Shown here: positions 49,873 to 62,204 of the stretch, piece after piece
How positions within the stretch are numbered: position 1 is the first letter of the stretch
Layout: each line of letters opens with the position of its first letter
Assembly: GCF_036321535.1 (NCBI RefSeq)
Contig: NC_087447.1
Location: 12,958,001-13,022,000, forward strand
Length of the DNA stretch: 64,000 nt
From: Camelus dromedarius
Lineage: Eukaryota
Direction: 5' to 3'
The notes under the pieces: generated by a model
What the model saw: only the letters and a program-made list of their open reading frames with translations
What the model was told of the DNA's origin: nothing
Database searches by the model: none
Made by a program: the position numbers and the translations under genes

Positions 49873-50508
49873 AAGATGTATCATCAAAACTACAATCAAG
49901 ATACAGAACAGTTCAATCAGCCATCAAAATTCTCATTTTTTGTCTCTGTAGTTAACAAGTCCCACCAACTTTACCAGCAGAGGGCCTGCCCTCTGTCCAT
50001 GTGGTTTTGCCTTTTCCAGAATGTCGTATAAATGGAATCACTTGGTAAAGGCTTCTAAGCCTGGATTTTCACTTGGGCACAAAGCATTCAGCATTTGCCA
50101 TGTTCACTCGGCACAGCACATGGCGGTAGAGTCTGTTTGTTTACATTGCTTAGTGATATCCCACTGCACCAGGTACCCCAGCTCATTTGCCCATTCCTCG
50201 GATGAAGGACATTTGAGCTGTTTCCAGAATTTCACTGTCATGAGCATAGATGCCCTGAATATTTGGTAATCAATTTTTGTGTAAATACAAGTTTTTCTGT
50301 CTCTATAAAGTAGACTTCTGGGTAAATGTGTATGTTAAGAGTGTAATTAACTTCATAATGAACTGCCAACTCATTTTCCAGAGGGGCTGCCCCTCCCAGA
50401 CAGTTTGCATTCTTACCAGGAAGGCATGTGTGTTCCACCTGCTCTGAGTCCTCCCCAGCACTAAGCATTATCAGGGTGGGGTTGCTTCACTGTTCTGTTT
50501 TTGTTAGC

Positions 50509-50510
<2 letters not shown>

Positions 50511-50552
<42 letters not shown>
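50511..50552 (+). repeat. (TG)21 microsatellite
   Basis: Direct read; a (GT)12 also lies at 50767-50790. Confidence 0.97.
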
Positions 50553-50556
<4 letters not shown>

Positions 50557-50758
50557 GGGGGGGTGGTTTGCCAATTCTGAAGTATCTAGTGACTTTTCAT
50601 TTTCTTTCAATTTTCCTTTTCCTAATCAAATGTGACGTGACCATCTCTTCATGGCCTTATTTGTCATCTCTGTATCTTCTTCGATGAAGTATTCAAATTG
50701 CTTGTCAACTTCTTACTTGGGTTGTTGGTTTCATTATTATTGAGTTTATATGTGTATA

Positions 50759-50790
<32 letters not shown>

Positions 50791-50949
50791 AAAAGACACA
50801 GTGCTCTGTTAGATATGACATGTGCAAATATTCTATCCCAGGCTACGCCTTGTCTTTTGATACCTTCATGTCTTTAACAGAGAATGGAGAGAAACTCCCA
50901 GACAACAGACTCAAAGAAATAAATTATCCCCAAAAAACTTGAGTGTACA

Positions 50950-52030
50950 TGACAGCAGGTTTGTCCCCATCAGACATTCAGATGAGACCACAGCCCCTCT
51001 GATGCTTTGATTGGTGTCTTGCAAAGCAGCCAGAATCCTAATCCACTGAAAATATAAAGAAATAAAGATGTGTTATCTTAGGTCACCGAGCTTGCTACAG
51101 GTGATTACGCAGGAATGTATCAATAACACAAATACTGTTACTTGTTAGGGAAACACTGCTGGGATAAAAACCTAAAAAGGCAGGGGTGTCTTTGTAAGTG
51201 GGATTTGGGGGAAGGCAAGTAGAATTTTGAGGAGCTGGATAGGGAAAGTCTAAATCACCTGGAATGGACAGTGAGGGCTCGAAAGAATGAGAGGAATTTG
51301 TTACTGGAAACTGGAGGGAGGGACAGTCTTGTTACACAGACGCAGCTTCATAAAATTCTCTCTTGCAGTTTTATGGAAAGCAGAACTTGTGATAAAGTTG
51401 ATTATAGTGATAAGATTTCCCAGCAAAATGTTGAAAGGGTGCCTAGAATCTTCTTACTGCTTAAGGTAAAATGTAACAGGAGAAAAATTAAGGAAAGAAC
51501 CAATAAACAAGGTTCCAGTGTTTGAAAAATTTGAAAATTTTCTGAAGCCATCAGAAGGTAAAAGCAAACAAAAAATCCTAAATTTTAAAAATGGCTTCTG
51601 AGCACAGGGCATGGAACTAAAGACTTGTACAATTTGTTGTTAAAACCTGAGCCATTTCAAGGGACCACAGACGTGCTCTCTCACACAATTAGCGCTTTCA
51701 GGACATTAAGGATGTGGCTCGCAGACCATCTGAGTCAGTCCACGGAGCCCCTAGGAAACGTCCATGGGCTGCCCTTCCGTATCTCAGCAGGGACCTCAGT
51801 AGAGCAGTTCTTACTTTGAAAGAAACCTGCGAGTGTAGCTTTGTCAAAGGGAGTGAAACACTGTGACATCCACGGGCGGTCACAAAGTATTCGAGAAAGT
51901 CCTTTCAACAAAAGCGTTGCCAGCTTAGGCTGCAGAGGGCAGGGAGATTACAAAACGGAAGAGACCATCACCCCAATATTCTCCTGGGAGGAAGTACGAC
52001 TGATCAGCCACCAACGTGTCCTCCCTTTTA
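50950..52030 (+). mobile_element. MLT1 LTR 3' half plus MaLR internal sequence
   Basis: LTR end ttaggtcaccgagcttgctacaggtgattacgcagg...aataaca, then MLT-int motifs (ttactggaaactggagg; gagatttcc-like gataagatttcccagcaaaatgttgaaagg). Confidence 0.65.
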
Positions 52031-52089
52031 TGTACAAGAAAGTGTAATAAAATCTGTCTCTATGTTGATATTCAACTGCAGACAGCCTT

Positions 52090-52915
52090 TTTTGGCTCTA
52101 TAACAGGATATAAGCTTTATGTATACAATATTGTATTTTGACACCTGAATGCTGTGCAGTGTGCTCACCACAAAACTTAAGCTTGCGTCTGTCACCAGAG
52201 TTCACCCGCTTGACCCACCGTCCCCTCCTGATACCTCATCTTCTCTGGTAACGACTACTCTGTTCTCGCAGCCATGTGTTTGCTTTGGTTTGTTCATTTT
52301 GATTGATTGATTGATTGATTTAATGTTGTGGGTCACAATGCAGCGGGCTGGTAACGTGGGTTGGTAAAGAATTACCAGAAACTGAGAGGAGTTTAGGAAA
52401 GTTTAATAGTTACACTGATGTGGGTGACACTGGGCCACACAGGGGAGAGGTGCCTGTGTGAGTGCCGCGGGTGGGCGTGCAGGGTCTTTTACTAGGGGGA
52501 GGGCGCTGTGCACACAAGGAGTAGGGGCTGCATGATCAGTTCGTGCACAGCTGGTTGTAAGATCTGTCAGGGACTTCTCTGAACAACAGTTTTTAGCAGT
52601 TTGATAAGGGGAGGTTGTGAGACCTGTCCGCGGGAGGGGCTGTCTCCTGGCGCGATGGGTTTTATTAGAGTAAACACACATCAAGAAGTTTTATATCCTG
52701 CAGAGATGCAGGTATGCAAAAAGCCCTGCAGTGGGGAGTGGGGTTAAGGTTTCCCTAGGCTCCAGGCACCCAGAGAGCCCAGGGGTGGGGGTTTATGACT
52801 CTACAGGGTGGCAGCTGGCTCTGCAGTTAATATTCCACATATGAGTGAAATCATAAGTATTTGTCTTTCTCTATCCAACTTATTTCACGTAACATAACAT
52901 CCTCAAGGTCCATCC
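52090..52915 (-). mobile_element. L1 3' end split by an LTR insertion
   Basis: ...ctctggtaacgactactctgttctc...ttgttcatttt, resuming at tattccacatatgagtgaaatcataagtatttgtctttctc (52831+). Confidence 0.75.
52324..52825 (-). mobile_element. ERV solo LTR (502 bp), apparently young
   Basis: TG...CA ends; minus-strand ATTAAA and U5-like tail; flanks tttaa/gttaa; retained CpGs; cleanly interrupts an L1. Confidence 0.75.
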
Positions 52916-53200
52916 TCCCTGCTCCCATTCCCCCCACATCTGAACAAGCTGCTCAGAAAGCCTGGCGCTTCCTACTCTAGTGTCAGTGGGAAGTTCAAAC
53001 CACATGATCCCTGACCCACACGCAGGAACCTTCAACCCACCCTGGTACCCTAACCGCCATAAAAACACCGAGCCACTCTCCTTTCCTTGTTCTCTGGAAG
53101 CATTTGTGGACCCGCTTTGGAGCTGCCCTACTGTCTCCAGAAAACCTTGTTATATGAGTAATACGGATTTTCACCGTTTCTTGGTGTGTGGGGGGTAGAT

Positions 53201-53640
53201 TGTAACCGAGCAGGACCCTGTGGGGGCCTTCCCAGGACAGCCTGCTCCCCCACATCCTCTGCTGTAGCTCATCTCTGAAGTACCCAGGTAATAGTATCTC
53301 ATGTGTATTCCCTGAGTTTTTCAGATGCTAAAAACCACCACCAAAGGGAAGAAATTAACTACTTGATGGTCAAGGGCACGTGGCCCCAGACATTCTGGTA
53401 CCCAGGGGTCGATAGTGTGGACCACCCTCTTACCTCTACATCAACCCATCAGAGGATTGTGCACAAGCTGATCCTGTACCCTGCAAACTCTCTCCCTTAT
53501 CTGGCCTTTAAATGTGCTTTGTTGAAACTCTTTGGGTATTTGGCTTTTTATTTTTTGTTTTTTTTTTGATCATGAGACACTGGGTCTTATTTGCTTCTCT
53601 CTGCAATAAACCTTTCTCTGTGCCAAACTCTGACATTTCA
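53201..53640 (+). mobile_element. ERV1-like solo LTR
   Basis: Starts tgtaaccgagcaggacc, TATA-like cctttaaa, caataaa, ends ...tttca; no clear TSD. Another LTR-like fragment precedes it (about 52930-53200). Confidence 0.65.
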
Positions 53641-53644
53641 CAAC

Positions 53645-53858
53645 AAAAAGTCAGAGGAAAGGTGGATTTCTCTCCCTTTACTTGAGCTGGGACATTCGTC
53701 TTTCCTTCCCTCAGTGACTGATGCTCCTTGGACTATCTGCTTGGCCGCCATAATCTCACAATCTGATTCCTGTAATAAATCTCTCTCCAGACAGATAGAT
53801 ATCCATCTTTGTATTCATCTATCTGTTTATTCTGTTTCTCTGGAGAACTGTCATATAC
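53645..53858 (+). mobile_element. MLT2 (ERVL) LTR 3' half, followed by an MLT1 fragment to about 53945
   Basis: gagctgggacattcgtctttcc...aataaatctc...ttctgtttctctggagaac. Confidence 0.7.
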
Positions 53859-54129
53859 TTCCCAAATGTCGCATCTCCACACACCATCACACTGTGGATT
53901 AGGGTTTCAACATAAGAATTTTGGAAAGACAATTCATTCCATTTCACCCACATGGTTAAAACAGTTAAAATGGCCCAAAGTAAAATAAAACAGAGATTTC
54001 AAGAGTTTAAACCCATCATGTAATACCTGTTTAGAGAAGGTGTGATGATCCCCACTGCTTCTCCATTTTGCAGCCCAATTTGTTCAGCTCTTAAGGTTGA
54101 AAATAATAAATGACACTATACTGCCACGA

Positions 54130-54579
54130 TCTTAAGGCCATGGTTCCACCCGCAGGGTCTCCATGGGCAGTGTTACTGACATTACCCACCATTCAGTGAG
54201 CAACTGTTAAATATGTTGCAGCTATAGATTAACCTAATATGTTCTCTTCAGTGCCTATTCCAGCAGCATCTCAGAGGCAGTTTGCCTTCCCCTCTGAAGG
54301 ACTATAACACATCTTTACTTGGCTGCTCATGGGGAATCTCAATAGCCCAGCCAGTGAAGGGCTTTATATACACTTTAAAGGTCCTAGTGGGTGGGTACTG
54401 AGATCTACCCGTCTTGTGGCCGTGCAAGACAAGCCTCATATGTAAGTTATTACATATTATTAAACCTGTCACCACCCAACCTGGAGTGATCTGCTTCTTT
54501 CTTCAGCCTGTCCTTGCCCTCCATGTATGAGGGCCACTTTTAAATTCTGCTGGGGAAATTCTCAAGTTTGCAAGCCAAC
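54130..54579 (+). mobile_element. MER21-like ERVL LTR
   Basis: tgggtactgagatctacccgtcttgtggccgtgcaagacaagcctcatatgtaagt...attaaacctgtcacc. Confidence 0.65.
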
Positions 54580-55071
54580 TGGGTCTGATCAGGCCCCCCA
54601 AGATGGCTGTTGTCTCGCTCTCTGTACATGCCCTGCTCACCAGCCCCTGTTTCTCCTACACCTACTCACCTGGCTGACCTTCCCTCTTAATCCTAGAGCC
54701 TAATCAGTGAACGCCTACATACTAGCGCCCCAGCCCTAACTAGTGATTGTTCTAATCTTTAGCTAGTTTATCAAAGGGCAGTGAGGGGCGCGCCCCTTGC
54801 TGGTTTCCCTGGTAACCAGGGAGCCAACCTGACCTCAGTTCCGTCTCTAACTGGTGACCTCCTCTCCCCCGGTAGGGAAGGTGCTGCCATGTCCTGCCTG
54901 CCTTCTGCCATCCATAGAGGGTGTCGTTCCGGGACACCTTTGCCTGGGATGTGTAAGATCCCCTGTCCAATAAACCACTGATGTCTCTGTCAGCGTCAGT
55001 GGCTCTTTCTTCGGTCTTCAGGCTGGGCATTTACAAGCCTAGCAGGCCTGTGGGGTGCAGCCCAGCGAACA
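54580..55071 (+). mobile_element. ERV solo LTR, CpG-retaining
   Basis: TG start, ccaataaaccactgatgtctctg poly(A)/U5 region, ends ggggtgcagcccagcgaaca. Confidence 0.65.
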
Positions 55072-55293
55072 AGAACACACATGGACAAAGAAGATCATGA
55101 AAGGGGTTGGGCCGTGATCCTGACTACAGTCAGGCTCCACCGGCTCAGTTACATTCCTGAAGACTCTTTGGCAAACTCAAAGTTGTCCCATCCTTACAAC
55201 TACAAGGAAACAATTATCGATCTTCTTCATACCCATAATATTAAAACGAAGATGACGTCTTACAGATATTCTGAGATCTGGAAGCAATGCATT

Positions 55294-55434
55294 TTGAGGG
55301 GAAGGGTAATTAGGTTTGTTTGTTTGTTTGTTTATTATTTTTATTATTTTAAATAGAGGCATGGGACCGAACCTGGGACAACTTCATGCATGCTAAGCAT
55401 CCATTCGACCACTAAGCTCTACCCTTCCCCCTTA
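55294..55434 (-). mobile_element. tRNA(Ala)-derived SINE (camelid Vic-1-like)
   Basis: Minus-strand ggggaagggtagagcttagtggtcgaatggatgcttagcatgcatg...; TSD gaagcaatgcatt (55281-55293) / gaagcaacgcatt (55435-55447). Confidence 0.8.
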
Positions 55435-56094
55435 GAAGCAACGCATTCTTGATTTACAACTTTTACCTAAGCTAATCTATGCTGGTTCTCACAAATGTTC
55501 TTACATTTAATTGGGTCTCCTAAAAGCAGCTTCTGAAATCTGTCCGAATTACAATACACTTGGCACTCCTGTTAGTGCCTCCCAGAGGAGGCCTCTTTAT
55601 TCTAGAAGCTTTAGCAACCTTCCCTCCTGTGTGCTGGAGTCTTTGGATCACCTATGATGGTTGTAAGTTGCCCCAGGGCTTCTGGTGCAAGAAATTGCCC
55701 TCCTCTGCTGCGTGCTACACATGATTGGGGTGACAATCGCTGGATGCATAAAAGAATCTCCTGGAAACAGAGGCTCTCACTAACTAGATGATTACACAGT
55801 TGTCTCTGGTGCCATCTCGTGTCTGGAGGATGTAAGAACTCTAGGCAAACAGAAAGCATTCATTCATTCTCAAGCAATCCCAATGCCAAAGAGCATTTCC
55901 TTAAGGCTGCTTCACGGTGAGTGTTGTAGGTTTTTGGGGGAAAGCAGCATATATTTTCCTGATGGCCCTCTGTATCACACAGGTTAACTTTGGGGGCTGA
56001 CAATTTCTGCTCTATATGATGTTTGTAATTGATCTTTTGTCTCCTAGAAGTTCTCAATTGGAGCCAAAAACTAACGTGAAATATCACAACAATC

Positions 56095-56524
56095 TGTCAA
56101 CTAAAACAAAATCACACACGTGCGAACTGTGAGTTAAGTTTTATTTGGGTCAGAATGAGGATCTAGCCTGGGAGACAGCATCTCAGCTCTGAGGAACTGC
56201 TCTGAAGAGGCAGAGGGAACTCAATACTACATATGATTTCAGTGAAGGGGGGCACGTGCAGTCAGACATACACTTAGGCAGAAGCTTGCTGCTCGTTATG
56301 GGGAGCAGGTGTCACTGTTAATGATTTTAGTGCTTTTCTAGATATGAGGCAAGAATTTGGGCTGATAAAATCTCCTCCTGAAAATATCTATCTGAAGGCC
56401 TGTTCAGCAGTCTTCCCAGAGCACAGAGCACCTCATTCCTGACCTGGATCCTGAACTCCTTTCAGGGTGTGTTGGAGGTCAGCGGCTGCAGGGCCTCGAG
56501 ATTTAATCCAAGCAGAGCCAGATG
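56095..56524 (-). mobile_element. ERV1-like LTR (partial)
   Basis: tgtcaactaaaac...aagttttatttggg...agcctgggagacagcatctcag; resembles laurasiatherian ERV1 LTRs. Confidence 0.6.
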
Positions 56525-56816
56525 CTCTCAGGCATATTTAAAGTCCTCCCATCTTTTCAGAAGATGCTTATCTAAAGTCCTTCCATTTTCTTAAGACAGC
56601 ACTTGCTGATACCAAACTCTGCAGAATCTTCCACTGGGCTTACCCCTCAAAACCACCAAGAATATCAGCTTTCAGTACTACTAATAACAGGTAACAGCTT
56701 TGAGCTTCCAAGTGGTTTTTAAAATAATTTAAATAATAATAGTTACATTTTTAAATATCTGAACTATTTACAAAGAACCTCCATAACAAAGGGGGTCTTT
56801 TGTAGAATTCCACATA

Positions 56817-57101
56817 TCATTAAAAACAACCACAATATTAATGACCGTGAAAATTGCGCATTCAAACTAGTACTAACAGAGTTGCTATTATAATCATCAA
56901 AGTATTTTAAAAAGTAAATTACAATAGCAATAACCTGCTAATTGTTCCCTAGGAGTCCCTTGGAAAGGAGTATGTTTAGAATCCTTCAATTATTAGGTCC
57001 CTAATGACATAAGAATGTATGTAAAAGTCCTTGGTTCTATTGGTGAAATTATTCATCTGGGTAATCTGGGTAATTGGAAAACAGCGCCTTCCTTGGTAAG
57101 T
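56817..57101 (+). promoter_or_regulatory. Homeodomain + O/E motif cluster: candidate OR5I1 promoter or OR enhancer
   Basis: TTTTTAATGA (minus, 56817-56826), TAATGA 56839, TAATTG 56939 + 1 bp + TCCCTAGGAG 56946 + TCCCTTGGAA 56956, TAATGA 57002, TAATTG 57071, donor TTG|GTAAGT 57095/57096. Confidence 0.55.
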
Positions 57102-57682
57102 AGCTTCTGTGGTTACCAGACTGGCTTTAAGGTGCAAAGATAGGCTTTTGTGGATCTGGGAGAAATAACCACTGATTTATGTCTAAATAATTAAGAAATC
57201 ACATTTATCAGTTTCATATGCACAAAGAAATCTATCTTGTGTCACTGTTTCTTACATGGCTTATGCAGGGATCAGAAACACTTTTTGTTTAAATAAGCTA
57301 TTTTGCTACAGATGAGAAAACTGAAGCATGGCTGACTACCTGATATTTGGAATTAATTTATTTTCTATTTTAACATTATTTTGGTCTATATTTGGGAAGA
57401 ATTTAGTGAATCAAAGCATTTTGATGGGATCTTTTTGTTCGGTCTCTTCTAAAGCAAGAATGCAAGATTTGCTATCTTCTGTTTTTACCCTCAGGCTTCT
57501 CTTCCCACTCACATTTCTCTACATAGAATTCTCAGGCTCTCAGTGGATGCTCCGTGTACATCCCTGAGAGTCATGCTCTATGTTTTCAGTAAATATGTGA
57601 GTCATTCCTTTCTTCCTTCAGCGACTCACAGTCTCACAGTCGCCACATTATTAAGGCTCCAACCAATCTCCTATTACTGTCA

Positions 57683-58050
57683 TGAGCTTTGACCTGAGAC
57701 ACACCTGAATTTGAATTACATCTGTCCACTACCAGCTGAATGACTTGGAGTGTCACTCTAAGCTTCCATGTTCTTATGCAAAATATGGAATTAACAGGAA
57801 TCTAGCTTATGGTAGAGCAAATGCATCAGAAAGCTTTCGGGTCAGGAGCTTGGGTCCAATCCTGTTTTCAACACATCTTGGCTCTCAAACTCTCTGTGCC
57901 TTAGTTCCTTCATCAGTAAACAAAAAATGATAGTGACACTACCTGAATCATAATTTTGTTAGTTTGTGACCATTAAATGAATTATATGTAAAGTGTTTAG
58001 AATATTGCATTCCACATCATAATTATTATACAAATAGGAGCTGTTATTAA
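57683..58050 (+). mobile_element. MIR fragments
   Basis: cacctgaatttgaattacatctgtccactaccagctgaatgacttgg; ctctctgtgccttagttccttcatcagtaaa. Confidence 0.55.
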
Positions 58051-59503
58051 TAAATCCTTACCATGTGGTGCTAGGCATAAGCTAAGAATAAAAGAGGAGT
58101 GGAGCAATTGAAACTGAACTTTGCTGTTTGTCAATTATGTGTCAGTCTGTCTTAAGTGTGACAGCTTGGAAGGATAGATAGATAGACAGACAGACAGCTA
58201 GATAGACAACTTCTCTAATTTGACCCATAGAGCAATTATGTGAGATATTTATTTTCATTATTATAGTACAGATTATAATACATACATATATTATATATGT
58301 TTTATATATCTTATAATACTGACATGGTATGTATGGTCCAGTATAGTATAATACTATATATTATGGTGCAGGATATATATAATGTTACATATAATATGCA
58401 TAATATATATGTTATATATATATATAATTGTGCAAGGTCACACAGCCCACAGGTAGCCAATGTAAGATTCTCTCCAAATTTTTATTGACTCTAAAATCAG
58501 ATCTTATCTTTTTGAAATACCCTGATTGCTTTGAAAACAGATAAAATAGGAATAAATTAACTACTCTCCCAGCGTAGGGCTGCGTCTCACTCGTGCTCTC
58601 TGGGGCACTAACGTAAGACGGCACACTAGCCCTTCTGATTCTCTTAGGCTTCTCTGTGCCTCTGTCAGAGGGTGGTTCTAATGACTGGATAATATGCCAA
58701 CCGTGGGGTTCTCAGCACTATCACTGTCGTAATAATATTTACATAAAGGAGAGGAGGACCCCACACCATTTTACTCTGGCCCACTGGGGCAACACCAGCA
58801 TGGCTCATTGGATGTTTTGCTTGTTTGATTTATCTATTTTCAAGCCCATCCTTCCAGGTTAAGTGTAAAATTTCTTGTACTTCAAGTCAGATTCAAATTC
58901 CTCCTACTCTCAGGAAAATTCTGAGACCCCAGAAGCAGGAATGGACAGAATTCTTGGACCCAACACCGTGAATCATATTAACGTACAAATAACTGGCGGC
59001 TAAATATTTGTGTTTACTCACACATGTAATCAGTGAGAAGGCTATGTTGAGTATTTTTTTTTAATTAGAAGTTAACTGGTAACTAATTTTTTACCCACAT
59101 TACTCAATCAACTAATATTCACTGAGTGTGTACTAGAAGCCAAGAATTATAATAACTGCCAAGGAGAAAAACAGTTAATGACTTTAATTACCTTGACTTA
59201 GTATCTTGACAGGATTTATGGAATGACCCTAAACTCTATACGCAGCTGATGCCTACTGACATTTATTTTTATTTTATTCATTTCCCTTTTATTCAGCATT
59301 TATAAAAAAAAAAGAGCTGTAGTATATTTCATTATGCCATTCCAACCACTCTGTCAAGAGTACAACACACACCACCATCTATTAAATCTTAGACCGAAGG
59401 AGCAAATTGTTCTATAGTTATCATTCCAAGGTGTATTGTATAAGTCAATTTATTTTAATTTTATAAATATATATACTCTTTTATTTTATTATATTCATAT
59501 ATT

Positions 59504-59506
<3 letters not shown>

Positions 59507-59570
<64 letters not shown>
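59507..59570 (+). repeat. (TA)32 microsatellite
   Basis: Direct read; about 370 bp upstream of the OR5I1 ATG. Confidence 0.97.
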
Positions 59571-59575
<5 letters not shown>

Positions 59576-59587
59576 TCGTCACACCAT

Positions 59588-59810
59588 CAGTTCATTCATT
59601 AATTTATTACTTCCTTTAATCTTTTGGGCCAGCTATTGTGCCATATTTGGGGCACAAAAAGGTAAGAAAAAAATCAGATGTGACCTTTACATCTCTGTCC
59701 AATAGAAGATATAGTCATTAAACAAACAAATAAAATGAGATACAGCTACTAAATTATGAAATATAGTTCCCAAAGTCTATATTTGGAAGGAAATCTGGGC
59801 TGGGGGATTC
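59588..59810 (-). mobile_element. L2 LINE 3' fragment
   Basis: ttcattcattaatttatt...ctattgtgccatatttggggcaca. Confidence 0.45.
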
Positions 59811-59936
59811 TTTATTTGATTGCCTGTTTGTTTACTTAAATAATAAAACAACCTTATAACTACAATTGTTTTTTCTTTCCATCAATATAACATTTTAGGA
59901 TGTTAGACCCCTCATAAAAAGGAAACAACAGAGAAT

Positions 59937-60881
59937 ATGGAACTTATAGATGGAAACTATACCTTGGTGACTGAGTTTATTCTCTTAGGCTTTCCAGCTC
60001 TCCCTGAACTACAGATCGCGCTGTTTCTCCTGTTTCTGACTTTGTACTGCATGATTTTAATGGGGAACATTGGATTGATGACGTTAATCAGGATCGATCC
60101 GCACCTTCAAACCCCCATGTATTTTTTCCTTAGTAACCTCTCCTTTGCAGACCTTTGTTATTCCTCAGTCATTGTTCCCAAAATGCTGGTCAATTTCCTC
60201 TCCGAGAACAAATCAATTTCCTATCATGGCTGCGCACTGCAGTTTTATTTTTTCTGTGCTTTTGCGGATACAGAATCCTTTATCTTGGTTGCCATGGCGT
60301 ATGATCGTTACGTCGCCATCTGTAACCCTTTACTGTACATGGTTGTGATGTCTCGGGGCATCTGTATACGGCTGATTGTCTTGTCATACTTCGGAGGCAG
60401 CGTGAGTTCCCTGGTTCACACATCCTTTGCGTTTATTCTGAAATACTGTGATAAAAATGTCATTAATCATTTTTTCTGTGACCTCCCTCCCCTGCTGAAG
60501 TTATCCTGCACAGACACATCAGTTAATGAGTTGCTTCTCTCCACATATGGCAGCTCAGTGGAAATTATCTGTTTCATCATCATTGTCATCTCCTACTTTT
60601 TCATTCTTCTCTCCGTCTTAAAGATCCGTTCTTCCAGTGGGAGGAAGAAAACCTTCTCCACCTGTGCCTCTCACCTGACTTCAGTGACCATTTACCAGGG
60701 GACTCTCCTCTTCATTTACTCACGACCCAGCTACCTGTATTCCCCCAACACTGATAAAATTATCTCAGTGTTCTACACTATCATCATCCCAGTGCTGAAT
60801 CCCTTGATTTATAGTTTGAGAAATAAAGATGTAAAAGACGCTGCTAAAAAAGTCATCAGATCAAAGATAGATTCTTCGTGA
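59937..60881 (+). CDS. OR5I1: Olfactory receptor 5I1 orthologue, intact 314 aa
   Basis: [96 protein letters not shown], ending IDSS; near-identical to OR5I1 as recalled. Confidence 0.95.
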   Translation: MELIDGNYTLVTEFILLGFPALPELQIALFLLFLTLYCMILMGNIGLMTLIRIDPHLQTPMYFFLSNLSFADLCYSSVIVPKMLVNFLSENKSISYHGCALQFYFFCAFADTESFILVAMAYDRYVAICNPLLYMVVMSRGICIRLIVLSYFGGSVSSLVHTSFAFILKYCDKNVINHFFCDLPPLLKLSCTDTSVNELLLSTYGSSVEIICFIIIVISYFFILLSVLKIRSSSGRKKTFSTCASHLTSVTIYQGTLLFIYSRPSYLYSPNTDKIISVFYTIIIPVLNPLIYSLRNKDVKDAAKKVIRSKIDSS

Positions 60882-61254
60882 CAGAAAGCGTTCCAAGATT
60901 CACCCAAATCTCCAATTACAAACTCTAGGAACCTGCAAAACCTTGGCAGCACGTACATAACTTTTCACACAAGGCATTTTATCAAACACTTGTTTTTCAC
61001 ACTGCCGAATGTGTTCCATAGCCCCAAGAAAACATTTAAAAGTTTCAAGATTGTTTCAAAATAATAGTTGGACCACGGTCCAACTATTAGGAGCTTGGAG
61101 TTAATGTTAAAATTGGTTGTATTGTTTTGTCTTAAGGGATATAGTACATACCTCAGAAGTGTGTGTGTGTATGTGTGTGTGTGTGTGCGTGTGAGTGTGT
61201 GTGTGTGTTCATGTGTAAACTATGTCATTTACAAGGGTATATTACTGGATTAGG

Positions 61255-61465
61255 GAGGAAGCCAGATTCCTTTGGTTCATATGCTAGCCTTGTACCTAAC
61301 TAGTGAGTTGTACTTTGAACAAGTTACTTAATTTTTCTCTGCCTCAATTAACTGATCTGTAAAATGGGGAGAATATAGTGTCTTCATCATGGATTTCTGC
61401 ATGTTTAAATGCTAGAATAGTACCTTAACCATTTCAAGCACTTGATAGATGTTAAATATATATGT
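61255..61465 (+). mobile_element. MIR SINE
   Basis: tttgaacaagttacttaatttttctctgcctcaattaactgatctgtaaaatgggga. Confidence 0.7.
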
Positions 61466-62204
61466 GCATATATTAAAGTGCATATAGCACAGTAAGATGG
61501 TGAGAGGCAGGGACGTTAGGAAAGCTATAATACAAAATCGAATACATTTTCTTAAGTGCAGTTTGAGAATATATTGAAAATCTCGTATACCCAATCTACT
61601 CCAAAGTAATTTGGAAGCATTTCCTAAGTAGCAGCTTGAAAAATATAGGTTAATTGCAAGGCAAAATATTTGTGTTCTTCCCTATCTTTTATTTTTAATA
61701 TATTAAAATTATTGAAAGTGCAGCACATCCTTCTCTGACATCTCAGAAATATGATCAGCTACCTAATATGTAACCTGTGTCTTCAGGGACAAATCAACTC
61801 ACATGACACTGGGAGGCACCACACGGAGAACGTGCATTTGAAGACTGAACTTAGAGGACATATGTCATCACAAAACATATTTCCATAGCTGATGCTTTTG
61901 CTGTATATTATGTATTAAATTATTTAATTTCCATTTGTATATCTTTTATGGTGAGGTACCTGTTCAAGTCATTTCCCCATTTTTAGTTCCATTGTGTTTT
62001 TATTATTTATGAGAATGCTTTGTATATTCTGGCTGCAAATTCTTTGTCAGGTATATGGTTTGCAAATAGTTTCTTCAGTTTAGCTAGCTAGCTAGCATCT
62101 ATCTATACTACACAATAGTACATAGTAGTAATAATGATTTTATAAAATCATATAATGGTAATAAATGATTAGGGAAAACATTTCTCTCTGATTATCTTTT
62201 ATTC

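Larger units (their letters stand above)
49385..50760 (-). mobile_element. L1MB/MC-type 3' end
   Basis: acaatcaagatacagaacagttc; ttttgccttttccagaatgtcgtataaatggaatca; gatgaaggacatttgagctgtttccag. Confidence 0.75.

Noticed and set aside
59436-59705. 89-aa ORF with IY repeats
   Set aside because: Translation of the (TA)32 microsatellite.
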